Source: a virus (taxonomy: Duplodnaviria; Heunggongvirae; Uroviricota; Caudoviricetes). From it: a DNA stretch of 64,000 bases. A program made the translations under genes and the position numbers. The stretch is from the IMG/VR virus record IMGVR_UViG_3300020201_000012, positions 1 to 64,000 of that record; one strand, 5' to 3'. Below are positions 36,941-47,035 of this stretch, piece after piece. Position 1 is the stretch's first letter; every line of letters begins with the position of its first letter. Below the pieces are notes generated by a model. The model was not told where the DNA came from. It searched no databases and worked only from the letters and a program-made list of their open reading frames with translations.

Positions 36941-37146
36941 CTGAACCCCAGTCTACTTCTTCGTAGCCCGCCCAGTTATCTACACCTGCACCTTCCAGGG
37001 CATATAGACTTTCTACGGCGCGAAACATACCCATATATTCATCTAGGGTTACTTCTATTATTGGTTGTGGTTTCATTATTGATCCTTTATTACTTATACC
37101 AATAATTATAAACCTTTGTATTTACAGAGTCAAGTACATTTTTTCT

Positions 37147-37174
37147 TTGAAAACAAAAGAATCTGTGGTATAAT
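37147..37174 (+). promoter_or_regulatory. Sigma70-like promoter (TTGAAA-16-TATAAT) placing the start site at the tmRNA 5' end
   Basis: Sequence match only. Confidence 0.4.
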
Positions 37175-37184
37175 TAGTATACAT

Positions 37185-37538
37185 GGGGCTGCCAAGGATT
37201 AGATTGCACGTTGAAAATCAGAAAAGCGAGTAGGTTGCTCACCTTTATAGGGCAAAAGACTTCTAATTGCAAAATTACTAGCATTTGTTAAGGAAAAGAT
37301 TGCTGACTTCGGTCGCGGTTTCAACCTGACACCAGCTTACGCTACGGCTTAAGCCACCCATCGTTCGATAGTAGTAGATCGAAAAGGGTGTTATACACTA
37401 CTGAGTTTTCTTGCCAGTCATAAAGGCAAGTGGTACGGGCGTTAAGATATTAATAGATGTTCTTATCTACAAAAGAACTACACTCGTAGAACACTGACAG
37501 AAGATTAGCAAGACGGGGGTTCGAATCCCCCCGGCTCC
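37185..37538 (+). ncRNA. ssrA: tmRNA (SsrA)
   Basis: 5' GGGGCUG pairs with 3' CGGCUCC. The 3' end GACGGGGGUUCGAAUCCCCCCGGCUCCA is the canonical tmRNA T-arm/acceptor. An internal reading frame ends …P-A-Y-A-T-A-UAA (stop at 37330-37332). Confidence 0.6.
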
Positions 37539-37553
37539 AAGAGTAATTAAGTT

Positions 37554-38066
37554 TTATTGATTATTGTTGGAGCTGTATAAAATATTATACCTGTTAACTA
37601 TCTCTATAGCCCAATTATAGGCATCTTCTGCACACACCCCAGATGGTTGGGGCTTACACCATAACTCTAGGTTTTCTAATCTATTATCATTTCTTATACC
37701 ATTTTTATGGTGAACGTTCTCCCCAGGTAGCAAATATCTGCCTAGAAACGCCTCCATAACAATAACGTGCTCTTGCACGATGTGTCTTTTATTGCGTGGG
37801 TGATTGGGCACATACATCGTGACATAACCACTACTACTGGTGTATTTTTTTGCTATTTTACCCGAAGCTACAGATTTTTTATTACTTTTATTATGACATC
37901 GTATGCACAGACTAGATAATATCTGTTTTTTGCCTTCGCAACCGTTGCATAAATTCCACCTATTATATTGAGCAAACCTACATCTTGGACACAATCTATG
38001 TCTATCGTCTGATCTTAGTGCAGAGTCGCATCTTATGCATGTTTTTGGTATTTTTTTATCTATCAT
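37554..38066 (-). CDS. HNH endonuclease (HNH_3/AP2-type)
   Basis: …HIVQEHVIVMEAFLGR…ENVHHKNGIRNDNRLENLEL… plus N-terminal Cys-rich repeats. Confidence 0.6.
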   Translation of the reverse strand: MIDKKIPKTCIRCDSALRSDDRHRLCPRCRFAQYNRWNLCNGCEGKKQILSSLCIRCHNKSNKKSVASGKIAKKYTSSSGYVTMYVPNHPRNKRHIVQEHVIVMEAFLGRYLLPGENVHHKNGIRNDNRLENLELWCKPQPSGVCAEDAYNWAIEIVNRYNILYSSNNNQ

Positions 38067-38278
38067 GTTGCTTGTGTTATAATATGATTATAGCATGATG
38101 GTGTTTTTCGACTCCCGCCAGTTCCACCAAGTTTATTTAAGTGGGTGTACAATTAGCAGTAATAGTGTAGAGAGAGTGCCATTACCGCACAGACTCGCAG
38201 TCGGGTGAGACTCCAGCTAGCCCACTATTCTTTGAACCTTAACATCACCACCAAGTAAAGTCAGGAAAAGAAAAGCAC

Positions 38279-38656
38279 ATGGTAAAGCAAAAAGTAATGT
38301 TGGTCTTTTGTAGTAATGTTGAAGTTCCTATGTTGAAAGATCATTTTAGTAAAGAAATAGAAATTGAAGTTCCTTCAGAAATTGGTGAAGAGGTTCATCT
38401 TGTAGCGGCTTGCGTTTCAGAACAAGAGTCAACTAAAAAAGAAGAGTGCCCGAGCACTGACTCTTATGCCTCTATATGGAACGATAGGGACGAATCGCGC
38501 CTAGTTGGTAATCTACTAACATACATCGACGCGACATACGCAGATAAAGAGCAGCGCGAAGCCCACAAAGATATAGTAAAGAAAATGGCTTATGGTTTTT
38601 ACAATGATATATACAATCGCTGTATACAAACTATAAGATCGCAGATAACTAAATAA
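38279..38656 (+). CDS. Hypothetical protein
   Basis: ORF only. Confidence 0.2.
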   Translation: MVKQKVMLVFCSNVEVPMLKDHFSKEIEIEVPSEIGEEVHLVAACVSEQESTKKEECPSTDSYASIWNDRDESRLVGNLLTYIDATYADKEQREAHKDIVKKMAYGFYNDIYNRCIQTIRSQITK

Positions 38657-38835
38657 AAATAACACCTTGGTGGTGTTGCTAAGGTTTAAGTAATGGTGTA
38701 TAATATAAGTAGGCTATGGTAAGCCGGGCAAAACACAAAAGAACGTTAGACAACTCTAAATTAACGAATAAAGGGAATAGCCCGTAAAACACATCGCTAA
38801 CTAAACTATACATTCCCTCTAGAATTTTTAATGAC

Positions 38836-38862
38836 CCCTATTTATTAGGGGTTTTATTTTAT
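38836..38862. terminator. Bidirectional terminator hairpin (gacccctatttattaggggtttta + T-run)
   Basis: CCCCTA/TAGGGG stem flanked by T/A runs, between convergent genes. Confidence 0.4.
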
Positions 38863-39069
38863 GCTCATAATTTTTTCAAAAGTTCTTCTTTGTGCTTCTA
38901 CTATATCTACCGCCATGAGACCAGCTTCTAACTTATTCATACCCAGACAATCTGTCAGATATTCTTTTACTTGATTTGCTAACAGGGCAAATTTCCCTTT
39001 AGCCATATTAATTCCAGAAAGATGCAAAATTTCTGCCGAAGAACTGCATCGCGTTAGTTGCTTTTTCAT
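38854..39069 (-). CDS. Hypothetical small protein
   Basis: ORF only. Confidence 0.15.
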   Translation of the reverse strand: MKKQLTRCSSSAEILHLSGINMAKGKFALLANQVKEYLTDCLGMNKLEAGLMAVDIVEAQRRTFEKIMSIK

Positions 39070-39547
39070 ATGATTTTTTTTCTTTCTCTGAGTGACTCTT
39101 TATTCTGGCGGTTATTTGTTTGTCACTTACTTTCTTACCGGTCTTTTCATCCCGCCATACCATGTTTAGTTTTCCGCCTTCTTTAAGGTTATAGCTATCA
39201 CAAGTCAAGCCGTCCCCCCACGATGTTTCTGTAAGCGCTAGGTACTGATTAATGTCATCAATTACTGCCTGTAGGCTTTTGTAGCTATCTTTTTCTTGTA
39301 CGTTATTCTTAAACCATTCAGGCCAGTCAACGTAGGTGTTATTGTTTAGGTGCTGCAATATTTCTGCTGTAATCTTAGCTATATGCTCACCAGCACCCCA
39401 AGTATCCCGCTCTGACCAGCCACGATCTGCTCGTTGTTTTCGCCGTTTATGCAACCTTACCCATACTTTAGGTGACAGTAAATACACTACTTGACGGTTT
39501 AGTCGGTAGCTTTCATTGTCTCTTTTGAAATCTTGAAGTATACTCAT
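39008..39547 (-). CDS. Hypothetical protein
   Basis: ORF only. Confidence 0.2.
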   Translation of the reverse strand: MSILQDFKRDNESYRLNRQVVYLLSPKVWVRLHKRRKQRADRGWSERDTWGAGEHIAKITAEILQHLNNNTYVDWPEWFKNNVQEKDSYKSLQAVIDDINQYLALTETSWGDGLTCDSYNLKEGGKLNMVWRDEKTGKKVSDKQITARIKSHSEKEKKSYEKATNAMQFFGRNFASFWN

Positions 39548-39598
39548 ATCTCAATTATACAGTAGAATAATTTGATTGTCAATTATTATCTATTTATA

Positions 39599-39988
39599 CT
39601 ATATCAACCCTGCGTCTTTCATCGCTTTTTGATCTATGACGGTTACGGTTTCTTCTGGGTGATATTTCTTCATTCTTTTTAACTTAGTCTTAGACTTACT
39701 ATCCATCCAGCCCTTCACTTCATGGTATTCATGTTTGCCGCCATTGAAGTAAATTTTAAAATCGGGGGTGTATGATCTGACCCCTCTTTTGATCTTTTCG
39801 AACCAGAATGTGTCCTCTTCATATGTCCAATCTTTTATAGCCTTACCTTTTTTAAGCATTTCTAAAAAAGTAGCATATTTCATTTCCCAGCCAGACCTAA
39901 AATAATATCTTTTGTCAGTACCGAACTCTACCCACCCCTTTACGGTGTGGCTATATTTATCTGGGTTTGATTTTATTCTTTCTATCAT
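39599..39988 (-). CDS. PD-(D/E)XK-like nuclease (possible resolvase/endonuclease)
   Basis: …YTPDFKIY…HEYHEVKGW… fits the PD…ExK motif spacing. Confidence 0.3.
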   Translation of the reverse strand: MIERIKSNPDKYSHTVKGWVEFGTDKRYYFRSGWEMKYATFLEMLKKGKAIKDWTYEEDTFWFEKIKRGVRSYTPDFKIYFNGGKHEYHEVKGWMDSKSKTKLKRMKKYHPEETVTVIDQKAMKDAGLI

Positions 39989-40167
39989 TTTTTTCTAATA
40001 ACGATGTTATATATTTTAGTGGCATAGGCCCTCTTTAATTTAGATTATTCTTTATCTATCTTATCCGGGTCTTCAGTGTTTTCATTTAATACCAGCACTT
40101 CGGTTGCAAAGTCTGAAAGAAAATCTATTATTGTGTTTTTATTATCTATCATAATTGTAGTATACCA

Positions 40168-41490
40168 TTATTGTTTATACGGCAATGATACCGCCCCTGG
40201 AAATACCTGTTGTACGGGTGTTGGTATAGGCACCGGTGTCGGGTCACGAAGTTTAGTGCTATTAAACTCTAGGTAGATTGTATCAATATCTCTCTGGGAT
40301 TGTTCACCCCAGTTTGGTGTGCGGTCGCTCAATTTACCACGGTTTCTATTCTTGTCGATAAGAATACCCATTTGATTAGTCTCTGCATCACGATTAACGA
40401 GTAGAACAATATCTGAATCTTGTGCAATTAAAGATGAGCCACGCAAAGCCTCTCCCGACAGTTCTTCGCCTGCTTGCATCTTTCTGATATGAGAAATAAG
40501 AATAATAGGTATCTTGTGACGAATTGCATTCTTCTTGAATGTCATTGTTATCTTGCCTAGTTCTTCTGCCGCATTCTTAATGTCTCTAGCGAAATAATGC
40601 AAATGGTCTATTACGACAATATCTACTTCTAGTTCTTCTCTCGCATTAGCAATTAGACCATCAATATCTTTCCAGTCAAGTTCGTCATTTTCTTGAAAGA
40701 TTGTATTTGCGGCGACTATATTGAATTCTTCTGTGTCTGGGCCCCCATTAATAAACATATATCTCGAAGTGAGTTCAGCCTTAGTCATCTCTAGCGTGAC
40801 AAACAGCACACGCCCGCCATACTTCGCTATATTATTACAGATACTCATAGACAATAATGTCTTACCTTTTGATGTTGGGCCAGCTACAACTATCAATTCC
40901 CCTTCAACCAAACCTAAAGTAAGTTTATCTATAGAGGCAAACCCTGTACTAAGCCCCTGAACTTTACCACGATTCTTGTACCTGTCTTGAGCTTCGTCTA
41001 CATAATCTATCATCGAAGCAACTTGGTACTTGTTTTGTTTACCGCCTATTCTATTAACTTCCGCTATTTTTTCTTGAAATTTTGCTAATGTCTCGTCAAG
41101 AGTTGACCCATTCTTAGATACGTTTGCAATCTCTTCAATGGCTTTCGTAACCTTGCGTTTAGCTGAATCTTCCATTACTAACTTTGCATATGTTAAAGCT
41201 CGTATAGATGTAGGTACTAGGCTGGTCATATTTACAAGGTGAGAGGCACCACCGATAGTATCTAATAGATTATTGTCCTTCAGTTTATCTACAATCGTAA
41301 CCAAATCAACTTCGACGCCGTTATCGTTAAGCTCTTCCATGGCGCTGAATATCAACTTGTTGTGTTGATCATAAAAATCATCACTAGTAATTAGCTCGCG
41401 AATTTTCTTTAGTTTAGCGCTGTCTATTAGTACGCAGCCGAGTACAGATGCTTCTGCTTCATAGTTGTACGATTCATGTTCTTGGTTCAT
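40168..41490 (-). CDS. dnaB: Replicative DNA helicase (DnaB family)
   Basis: N-terminal DnaB-N-like domain, Walker A GPTSKGKT, and the RecA-like motifs of DnaB. Confidence 0.75.
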   Translation of the reverse strand: MNQEHESYNYEAEASVLGCVLIDSAKLKKIRELITSDDFYDQHNKLIFSAMEELNDNGVEVDLVTIVDKLKDNNLLDTIGGASHLVNMTSLVPTSIRALTYAKLVMEDSAKRKVTKAIEEIANVSKNGSTLDETLAKFQEKIAEVNRIGGKQNKYQVASMIDYVDEAQDRYKNRGKVQGLSTGFASIDKLTLGLVEGELIVVAGPTSKGKTLLSMSICNNIAKYGGRVLFVTLEMTKAELTSRYMFINGGPDTEEFNIVAANTIFQENDELDWKDIDGLIANAREELEVDIVVIDHLHYFARDIKNAAEELGKITMTFKKNAIRHKIPIILISHIRKMQAGEELSGEALRGSSLIAQDSDIVLLVNRDAETNQMGILIDKNRNRGKLSDRTPNWGEQSQRDIDTIYLEFNSTKLRDPTPVPIPTPVQQVFPGAVSLPYKQ

Positions 41491-41530
41491 TCACCAGCCC
41501 CACAGATTTCGGTGAATTTTTTTCTAACCA

Positions 41531-42064
41531 TTAGAACATACCTTTCTTTTTCTTGTCTTCTTGATCTTCACTCCACGAAGCCGCCTTATCGGGCCTTAAT
41601 AGATAATCAACATTACCATATCTTTTTTTACTATCATTAACTCCCTGTAGAAAGTCATTCTCGCCAATATTCTTTGCCGCTTTTAGCAAAAGTTCTTCTG
41701 TCATTCGGTGCTTGCCTAGAAGCTCACCTAGCTTTTTTTCTCTTGAAAGAGAAAACACTGTCTTGCCTTTGCCGCCTGTTAACTTGTGCAATTTTTCAAA
41801 CAGCTCTAATAGTTCAGCTTTTGGCTCGTTATTTTTAACCCTCTTTTCTTTGGGTATCATATTCAAAAGAAGCTCGTGTAAAGAATCCTCTTCTAATACT
41901 ATAATATCCGAGTTGTTCATCTTAACCCTGGTTCCGTCTATTGTTGAAATGTTTTGTGTATTTATTAGTACTGGTTTGCCGAACGAAAATGTTGATAGTT
42001 TTATAAGCATATTACCTCTTTCGCCTTTAATTATAGCACAGATGTTTATAAAAAACAATAGCAA
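41531..42064 (-). CDS. Hypothetical protein
   Basis: ORF only. Confidence 0.2.
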   Translation of the reverse strand: MLLFFINICAIIKGERGNMLIKLSTFSFGKPVLINTQNISTIDGTRVKMNNSDIIVLEEDSLHELLLNMIPKEKRVKNNEPKAELLELFEKLHKLTGGKGKTVFSLSREKKLGELLGKHRMTEELLLKAAKNIGENDFLQGVNDSKKRYGNVDYLLRPDKAASWSEDQEDKKKKGMF

Positions 42065-42104
42065 TCTTTTACAATATTCTGGACGAACCGTCCAAAAAGT
42101 AGTA

Positions 42105-42134
42105 TTGACAGATTTTATGTTGATAGTCTATAAT
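42105..42134 (+). promoter_or_regulatory. Consensus sigma70 promoter (TTGACA-18-TATAAT)
   Basis: Perfect hexamers. Followed by ~330 nt without a long ORF, then a second promoter (42471-42499, TTGACA-17-TATTAT). Confidence 0.45.
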
Positions 42135-42516
42135 TAGAAAGTACTACAAAGCACTTTTACACGAATCTGGGAAATTACTCCACGATTTTAAACAAAAATT
42201 AGTAACTGTTGGTTGATTAAATCTATCTACGCTCTGACACGCCTGTCAACGTGGTGCCTGATACCCGAAAGGGTCAAAACCTTAGTCCTATAGCCGAGCG
42301 CGAAAGTGGAGGCAGGGCGATCAACACACAGAATAAACAGAAGGTACACGAAACGTAGAAAGTTCTTCCGCGGCGTTGCTATAGTGTAAAAGCTTACAAT
42401 CTCCTAGACTGATGGTATATCAGGCTATAGTGGCTCTATTTTCAAAAATAATAAAAAAAGTACTTGACATTAGAATTATGTGTGTTATTATTAATGTAAA
42501 CCTTAGAAAGGATTAA

Positions 42517-43332
42517 ATGAGAGAATTACAGGAAGTCAGAAAGCCTAAGATACTAGCCTATGACATAGAATGTACCGGATTACTCGGTTATTCATATGGA
42601 ACCTATCAAGTAAATGTACATAAAATTATAGAGCAACCAATTCTGCTCAGCTTTTCATATGCATGGTATGAAAACGGCAAGAAACCTAAAATAAAATGTA
42701 GAACACTAGCAGACACCTCAACTTATAAAAAAGAACCCAAAAATGACGCACTATTAGCCAAGGAACTTTGGGATCTATTCGAAGAAGCTGACGTTACTCT
42801 GGGCCATAATTCTAAATCTTTTGATGATAAGATGTCAACTATGTTTTTCTTAAAGAACTCTTTGCCGCCAGTGCCGCCCCACAAACAATTAGATACTATG
42901 AGAATGGCTCAAAGTATTGGTAAGTGGCCCTCAAAGTCATTAAACAATCTGAGTGATTTCTTCGGCATAGGCAGTAAAACTACAACTACGCACGCAGACC
43001 TATGGTGGGATTCTATAAACGGTGGCAAAGAAGGTCAAAAAGCTATGAAAAAAATGGCTGCATATAATAACCAAGATGTCGTATTAACAATCAAACTGTA
43101 TGAAATACTGCGACCATACTATCGAAGTCACCCAGTTCTTTCTAGAATATCTGGTGAATGGGATGCTTGCCCTAAATGTGGTAGTTATGATTACCGAATC
43201 AAATCTTATCGTGTATCAAATGTTTCGAGACACCACCAGTATCTCTGCAATAGCTGTAACGGCTACTTCAGCGACAGAAAAGCGATAACAGAAAAAGAAG
43301 GAGATATAAAACCATCCTTCGTTAATGTATAA
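42517..43332 (+). CDS. DEDDh 3'-5' exonuclease (DnaQ-like) with C-terminal zinc finger
   Basis: Exo I YDIECTG, Exo II GHNSKSFD, Exo III H…D. CxxC…CxxC at the C-terminus. Confidence 0.55.
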   Translation: MRELQEVRKPKILAYDIECTGLLGYSYGTYQVNVHKIIEQPILLSFSYAWYENGKKPKIKCRTLADTSTYKKEPKNDALLAKELWDLFEEADVTLGHNSKSFDDKMSTMFFLKNSLPPVPPHKQLDTMRMAQSIGKWPSKSLNNLSDFFGIGSKTTTTHADLWWDSINGGKEGQKAMKKMAAYNNQDVVLTIKLYEILRPYYRSHPVLSRISGEWDACPKCGSYDYRIKSYRVSNVSRHHQYLCNSCNGYFSDRKAITEKEGDIKPSFVNV

Positions 43333-43370
43333 GGTGTGCTATTATTAATACAAACATTGAAAAGAGTCAA

Positions 43371-43787
43371 ATGAAAGAATTACAAAAAATCAGTACGTCG
43401 ATAGTGTCACTAAATGAGGGCGCTAAATTAAGCCTGGCAAAAGCCCTAAGCAAACCACAGACTCAACAACAAAAAGAATCCATCAAGAAATCAACCGGCG
43501 TATACACTCAATATACTGAAAAACGAAAAAACCCAAAAATAATCAATAGAGGAAAAATAACCTACTACATATATGATGAAAAAGTGGTGGTCTCAGTTGG
43601 TTGTGAACAATACATATCATATAACCAATATGATAACTGGAACAGGCAGGGAATAAATCAATTTATCGATAAATTGAAAAAATCAGAAGATGGCGAATAC
43701 GCTAATGTCATAGATCAAATGTCGTTAGCAGTGCGATGCGGTATAAGAGGTTCGAGTACAACTAAACCGAAAGAGGTAGAATTATGA
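43371..43787 (+). CDS. Hypothetical protein
   Basis: ORF only. Confidence 0.2.
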   Translation: MKELQKISTSIVSLNEGAKLSLAKALSKPQTQQQKESIKKSTGVYTQYTEKRKNPKIINRGKITYYIYDEKVVVSVGCEQYISYNQYDNWNRQGINQFIDKLKKSEDGEYANVIDQMSLAVRCGIRGSSTTKPKEVEL

Positions 43788-44749
43788 AAAAAGTAACTGT
43801 TGCGTTTCTTGGTAATTTCGGTGTTGAATATTCAAGCGAAAACCACCACGCTAAAAGCATAGAGGCACTAGGGCATGAAGTTATAAAGTTGCAAGAAGGC
43901 GTGGCTAGTGATACAGAAATTTACGAAAAGGCAAAAAATGCCGATATTCTAGTTTGGGTACACACCCACGGATGGCAGACACCAGGCGATATTATAAGTA
44001 CAATTAAGCAATTAAAAGTCGATGGTGTCAAGATAATTAGTTACCACCTAGATTTGTGGTTCGGCATAGAGCGGCATCACGACCTAGAAGATGACCCGTT
44101 CTATAAACAGCTAGACTACTTCTTTGCTACCGACAGAAAGATGTGCGACTGGTTCACAGAGAATACCGACGTTAAGGGTTTTTACCTACCGGCTGGTGTT
44201 TATGAGCCTGAATGCTATATTGCCAATAAGGTTATACACCAATATGATACAAACAGGGGTAATGATGTTATATTTGTTGGCAGTAAAGGTTATCATCCGG
44301 AATGGCCATACCGACCACAGCTGATAAACTGGCTGAGAGATCAATATGGAAGTAGGTTTACTCATGTTGGTGGGGACGGTGATACAGGAACAGTTAGGGG
44401 GGATCTACTCAATCATATGTACGCTCATAGCGAAATAGCTATCGGAGATTCTCTTTGCTTGAACTTTAACTACCCGTCTTACTGGTCTGACCGAGTATAT
44501 GAGACACTTGGGCGCGGTGGTTTTATGATTCACCCATACATAGAAGGCATGGAAGAACACTTTACAGATAAAGAGCACCTAGTATTCTACAAGTTTGGTG
44601 ATTTTGATCAGTTGAAGTACTTGATTGAATATTATTTATACAACACAGAAGAACGCGAGAAGATACGCCTTGCAGGGCACGAACACGTTAAGAAAAACCA
44701 CACATACAAGAATAGGTGGGCAACAATATTAAAGGAGATAGGGTTATGA
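43784..44749 (+). CDS. Glycosyltransferase-like protein (CgeB/GT1-like C-terminal domain)
   Basis: C-terminal …ETLGRGGFMI…LVFYK…KIRLAGHEHVKKNHTY… resembles CgeB-like GT1 C-terminal domains. Confidence 0.35.
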   Translation: MKKVTVAFLGNFGVEYSSENHHAKSIEALGHEVIKLQEGVASDTEIYEKAKNADILVWVHTHGWQTPGDIISTIKQLKVDGVKIISYHLDLWFGIERHHDLEDDPFYKQLDYFFATDRKMCDWFTENTDVKGFYLPAGVYEPECYIANKVIHQYDTNRGNDVIFVGSKGYHPEWPYRPQLINWLRDQYGSRFTHVGGDGDTGTVRGDLLNHMYAHSEIAIGDSLCLNFNYPSYWSDRVYETLGRGGFMIHPYIEGMEEHFTDKEHLVFYKFGDFDQLKYLIEYYLYNTEEREKIRLAGHEHVKKNHTYKNRWATILKEIGL

Positions 44750-45492
44750 TAAAAATGGTAAAAGCAAAACTAAATCAGAGATGGAACTTAGTATTACCAA
44801 GCCATCGTGCGGCTCGCCCGGAGTGGTTAGAGCTTGATGGTTGGGAGGGCCCAAGACTTTTATCTATGAGTAAGAATATCGGTAAGGGTGATGTAGTCTA
44901 TTATGTTGGTGCTGAACTTGGAGAGATGGCAGCACTCTGCCAATCATGGGGTGCCGAAACAGTGTTATTCGAGCCGAACCATTCAGCATGGCCGTCTATT
45001 AAAAAAACTTATGAAGCTAATAATATGAAACCATTAGCGTGCTTTGCCGGTTTCGCATCTAACGTACATAAACCTATACCATCTGACCCCGATACTGGTT
45101 TACTGGAAGGTGCCGGTTGGGTTATAGGCAGCGATGGTTGGCCACTATCATCGCATGGTGATATTATTGAAGCCCACGGTTTCAGTGAACTATATCAGGA
45201 GGCAGATGGGTTGCCACAATTCAAGATTGACGACCTAGTTAGTGCCGGCTTAAAACCACCGACAGTCATCACGTTCGACTGTGAAGGTAGCGACTGGGAG
45301 GTACTAAAGGGTGCCGAACAAACACTTATTAAATACAAGCCTAAAATATGGGCTTCAATTCATCCTGAGTTCATGTTTCACCAATACGGAGAATATTCAA
45401 GGGATTTCAGAAACTGGATTATTGACCACGGCTACAAAGAAACCTACTTAGAGTACGCCCACGAATTGCATTGCTACTATGAGTCAATCTAA
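44716..45492 (+). CDS. FkbM-family SAM-dependent methyltransferase
   Basis: GKGDVVYYVGAELGEMAALC…FEPN… pattern. Confidence 0.45.
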   Translation: MGNNIKGDRVMIKMVKAKLNQRWNLVLPSHRAARPEWLELDGWEGPRLLSMSKNIGKGDVVYYVGAELGEMAALCQSWGAETVLFEPNHSAWPSIKKTYEANNMKPLACFAGFASNVHKPIPSDPDTGLLEGAGWVIGSDGWPLSSHGDIIEAHGFSELYQEADGLPQFKIDDLVSAGLKPPTVITFDCEGSDWEVLKGAEQTLIKYKPKIWASIHPEFMFHQYGEYSRDFRNWIIDHGYKETYLEYAHELHCYYESI

Positions 45493-46162
45493 ATTCAATA
45501 TTTGCGGGGCGGGTCACACGATGCATGACACGGAGCTTATAGGTACAACCATCGGCAATATGTGGATTTTTAAGTATTTACAGTACGCAGGTCAAGCTGG
45601 GATATATTGTACTGGGCAAGATGTACTTTCGCAAGCTATTGCGCTACAGGGTTCTTGGGAGGATAGGGATACTGCCGTTATGAAGCCAATACTCGAAAAT
45701 GGCGATCATAATAGTTTATTTATAGACGTCGGTAGCCACATAGGGTGGTATACGGTAATGGCTGCGAAATTAGGATATAATGTGGTGGCAATTGACGGCG
45801 ACGCTGAAAATCTAAGAGTTTTAGAAATGAACTTAATAGAAAATAACATAGTAGACTTAGTAGAAATCAGACATGAATGGATGGATGAGACTACTGAGCT
45901 GCAATTTAATCAAGATATAGAGCTACTCAAGATCGATATTGAGGGTAATGAAAGACACGTTATTAATGCCCTCGAGGGTATGATAGAAAATAATCAGATT
46001 AAGCATATATATCTTGAGGTGTCGCCGGAGTTTAACGATACATACCCAGCCCTTATGAGTAAGCTGTCTAATAAATACGATGTTTATTACGATGATGGAA
46101 GACCCTTTGATAATAACTACTCAAACGGACAGATTAATCTATTATGTAAATTGAGGAAATAA
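45479..46162 (+). CDS. FkbM-family methyltransferase
   Basis: FIDVGSHIGWYT and LKIDIEGNE hallmark motifs. Confidence 0.6.
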   Translation: MSQSKFNICGAGHTMHDTELIGTTIGNMWIFKYLQYAGQAGIYCTGQDVLSQAIALQGSWEDRDTAVMKPILENGDHNSLFIDVGSHIGWYTVMAAKLGYNVVAIDGDAENLRVLEMNLIENNIVDLVEIRHEWMDETTELQFNQDIELLKIDIEGNERHVINALEGMIENNQIKHIYLEVSPEFNDTYPALMSKLSNKYDVYYDDGRPFDNNYSNGQINLLCKLRK

Positions 46163-46165
46163 ATA

Positions 46166-47035
46166 ATGAATGCATACTTTTTATCACTTAAAAGCGAAAC
46201 ACCAAACCGAGACTACTGGGACTATGGTTTCTTAGATGACTATATAAACGGTCGGCTATGGAAAACATACGAATGGGTTGACTACGAGCAACTAGAGGTA
46301 ATGAAACTTCCTAAAGATAGCAAAGCCATAGTAGTTGTTCCCGCGAGACATCATGCAGGACTAGAAGAAAAGATAAATAAAGAACTACAGAATATTGATA
46401 AAGTAGTTTTGTTCTTGATGGGTGACGAAGAAGCTAGTTTCGACGTAGAAAAAATAAAACACCCCGATATTAGTATCTGGGTACAAAACGCACATCCAGG
46501 CAAGCATGATAAGTATAACCGTATAGGTACTGGTTACCCGCAAGCTATAAGACAATTAGACGGTACGCCCTATAAAAAAGACCTAGATGTATATTTCAGT
46601 GGTCAGATTACCCACCCTAAACGTGCTGATATGTGGGCCTCTCTTAAAGATTACCCGGGTTCAATTATGAATAAGACTGGTGGATTCACGCAAGGTGCTA
46701 CCCCAGAAATATATTACAAATATATGAGCAGAGCAAAAGTAGTGCCGTCACCGGCTGGTGCAGTTATACCAGATAGCTTTAGAACTTTTGAGGCTATGGA
46801 GTGCATGGCAATACCTGTAGCAGACGATAAAAACTCGTTAGAAACAATAAGCAACTACTGGGACTGGTTATTTAATGATATTACACCTTTTCCTAGAATA
46901 CAAAATCCCGAAGCTTGGCCTTTTATTGTTGCACAAAGTGTCTACATCTACAATGAATTAATACAAAAACAAACCGCGTGGTGGATTAAATATAAAAGAG
47001 ATTTTGCATATAAAATAAAGGAGCAACTACAATGA
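46166..47035 (+). CDS. Hypothetical protein (possible glycosyltransferase)
   Basis: Lies inside the glycosyltransferase/methyltransferase cluster. Confidence 0.2.
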   Translation: MNAYFLSLKSETPNRDYWDYGFLDDYINGRLWKTYEWVDYEQLEVMKLPKDSKAIVVVPARHHAGLEEKINKELQNIDKVVLFLMGDEEASFDVEKIKHPDISIWVQNAHPGKHDKYNRIGTGYPQAIRQLDGTPYKKDLDVYFSGQITHPKRADMWASLKDYPGSIMNKTGGFTQGATPEIYYKYMSRAKVVPSPAGAVIPDSFRTFEAMECMAIPVADDKNSLETISNYWDWLFNDITPFPRIQNPEAWPFIVAQSVYIYNELIQKQTAWWIKYKRDFAYKIKEQLQ

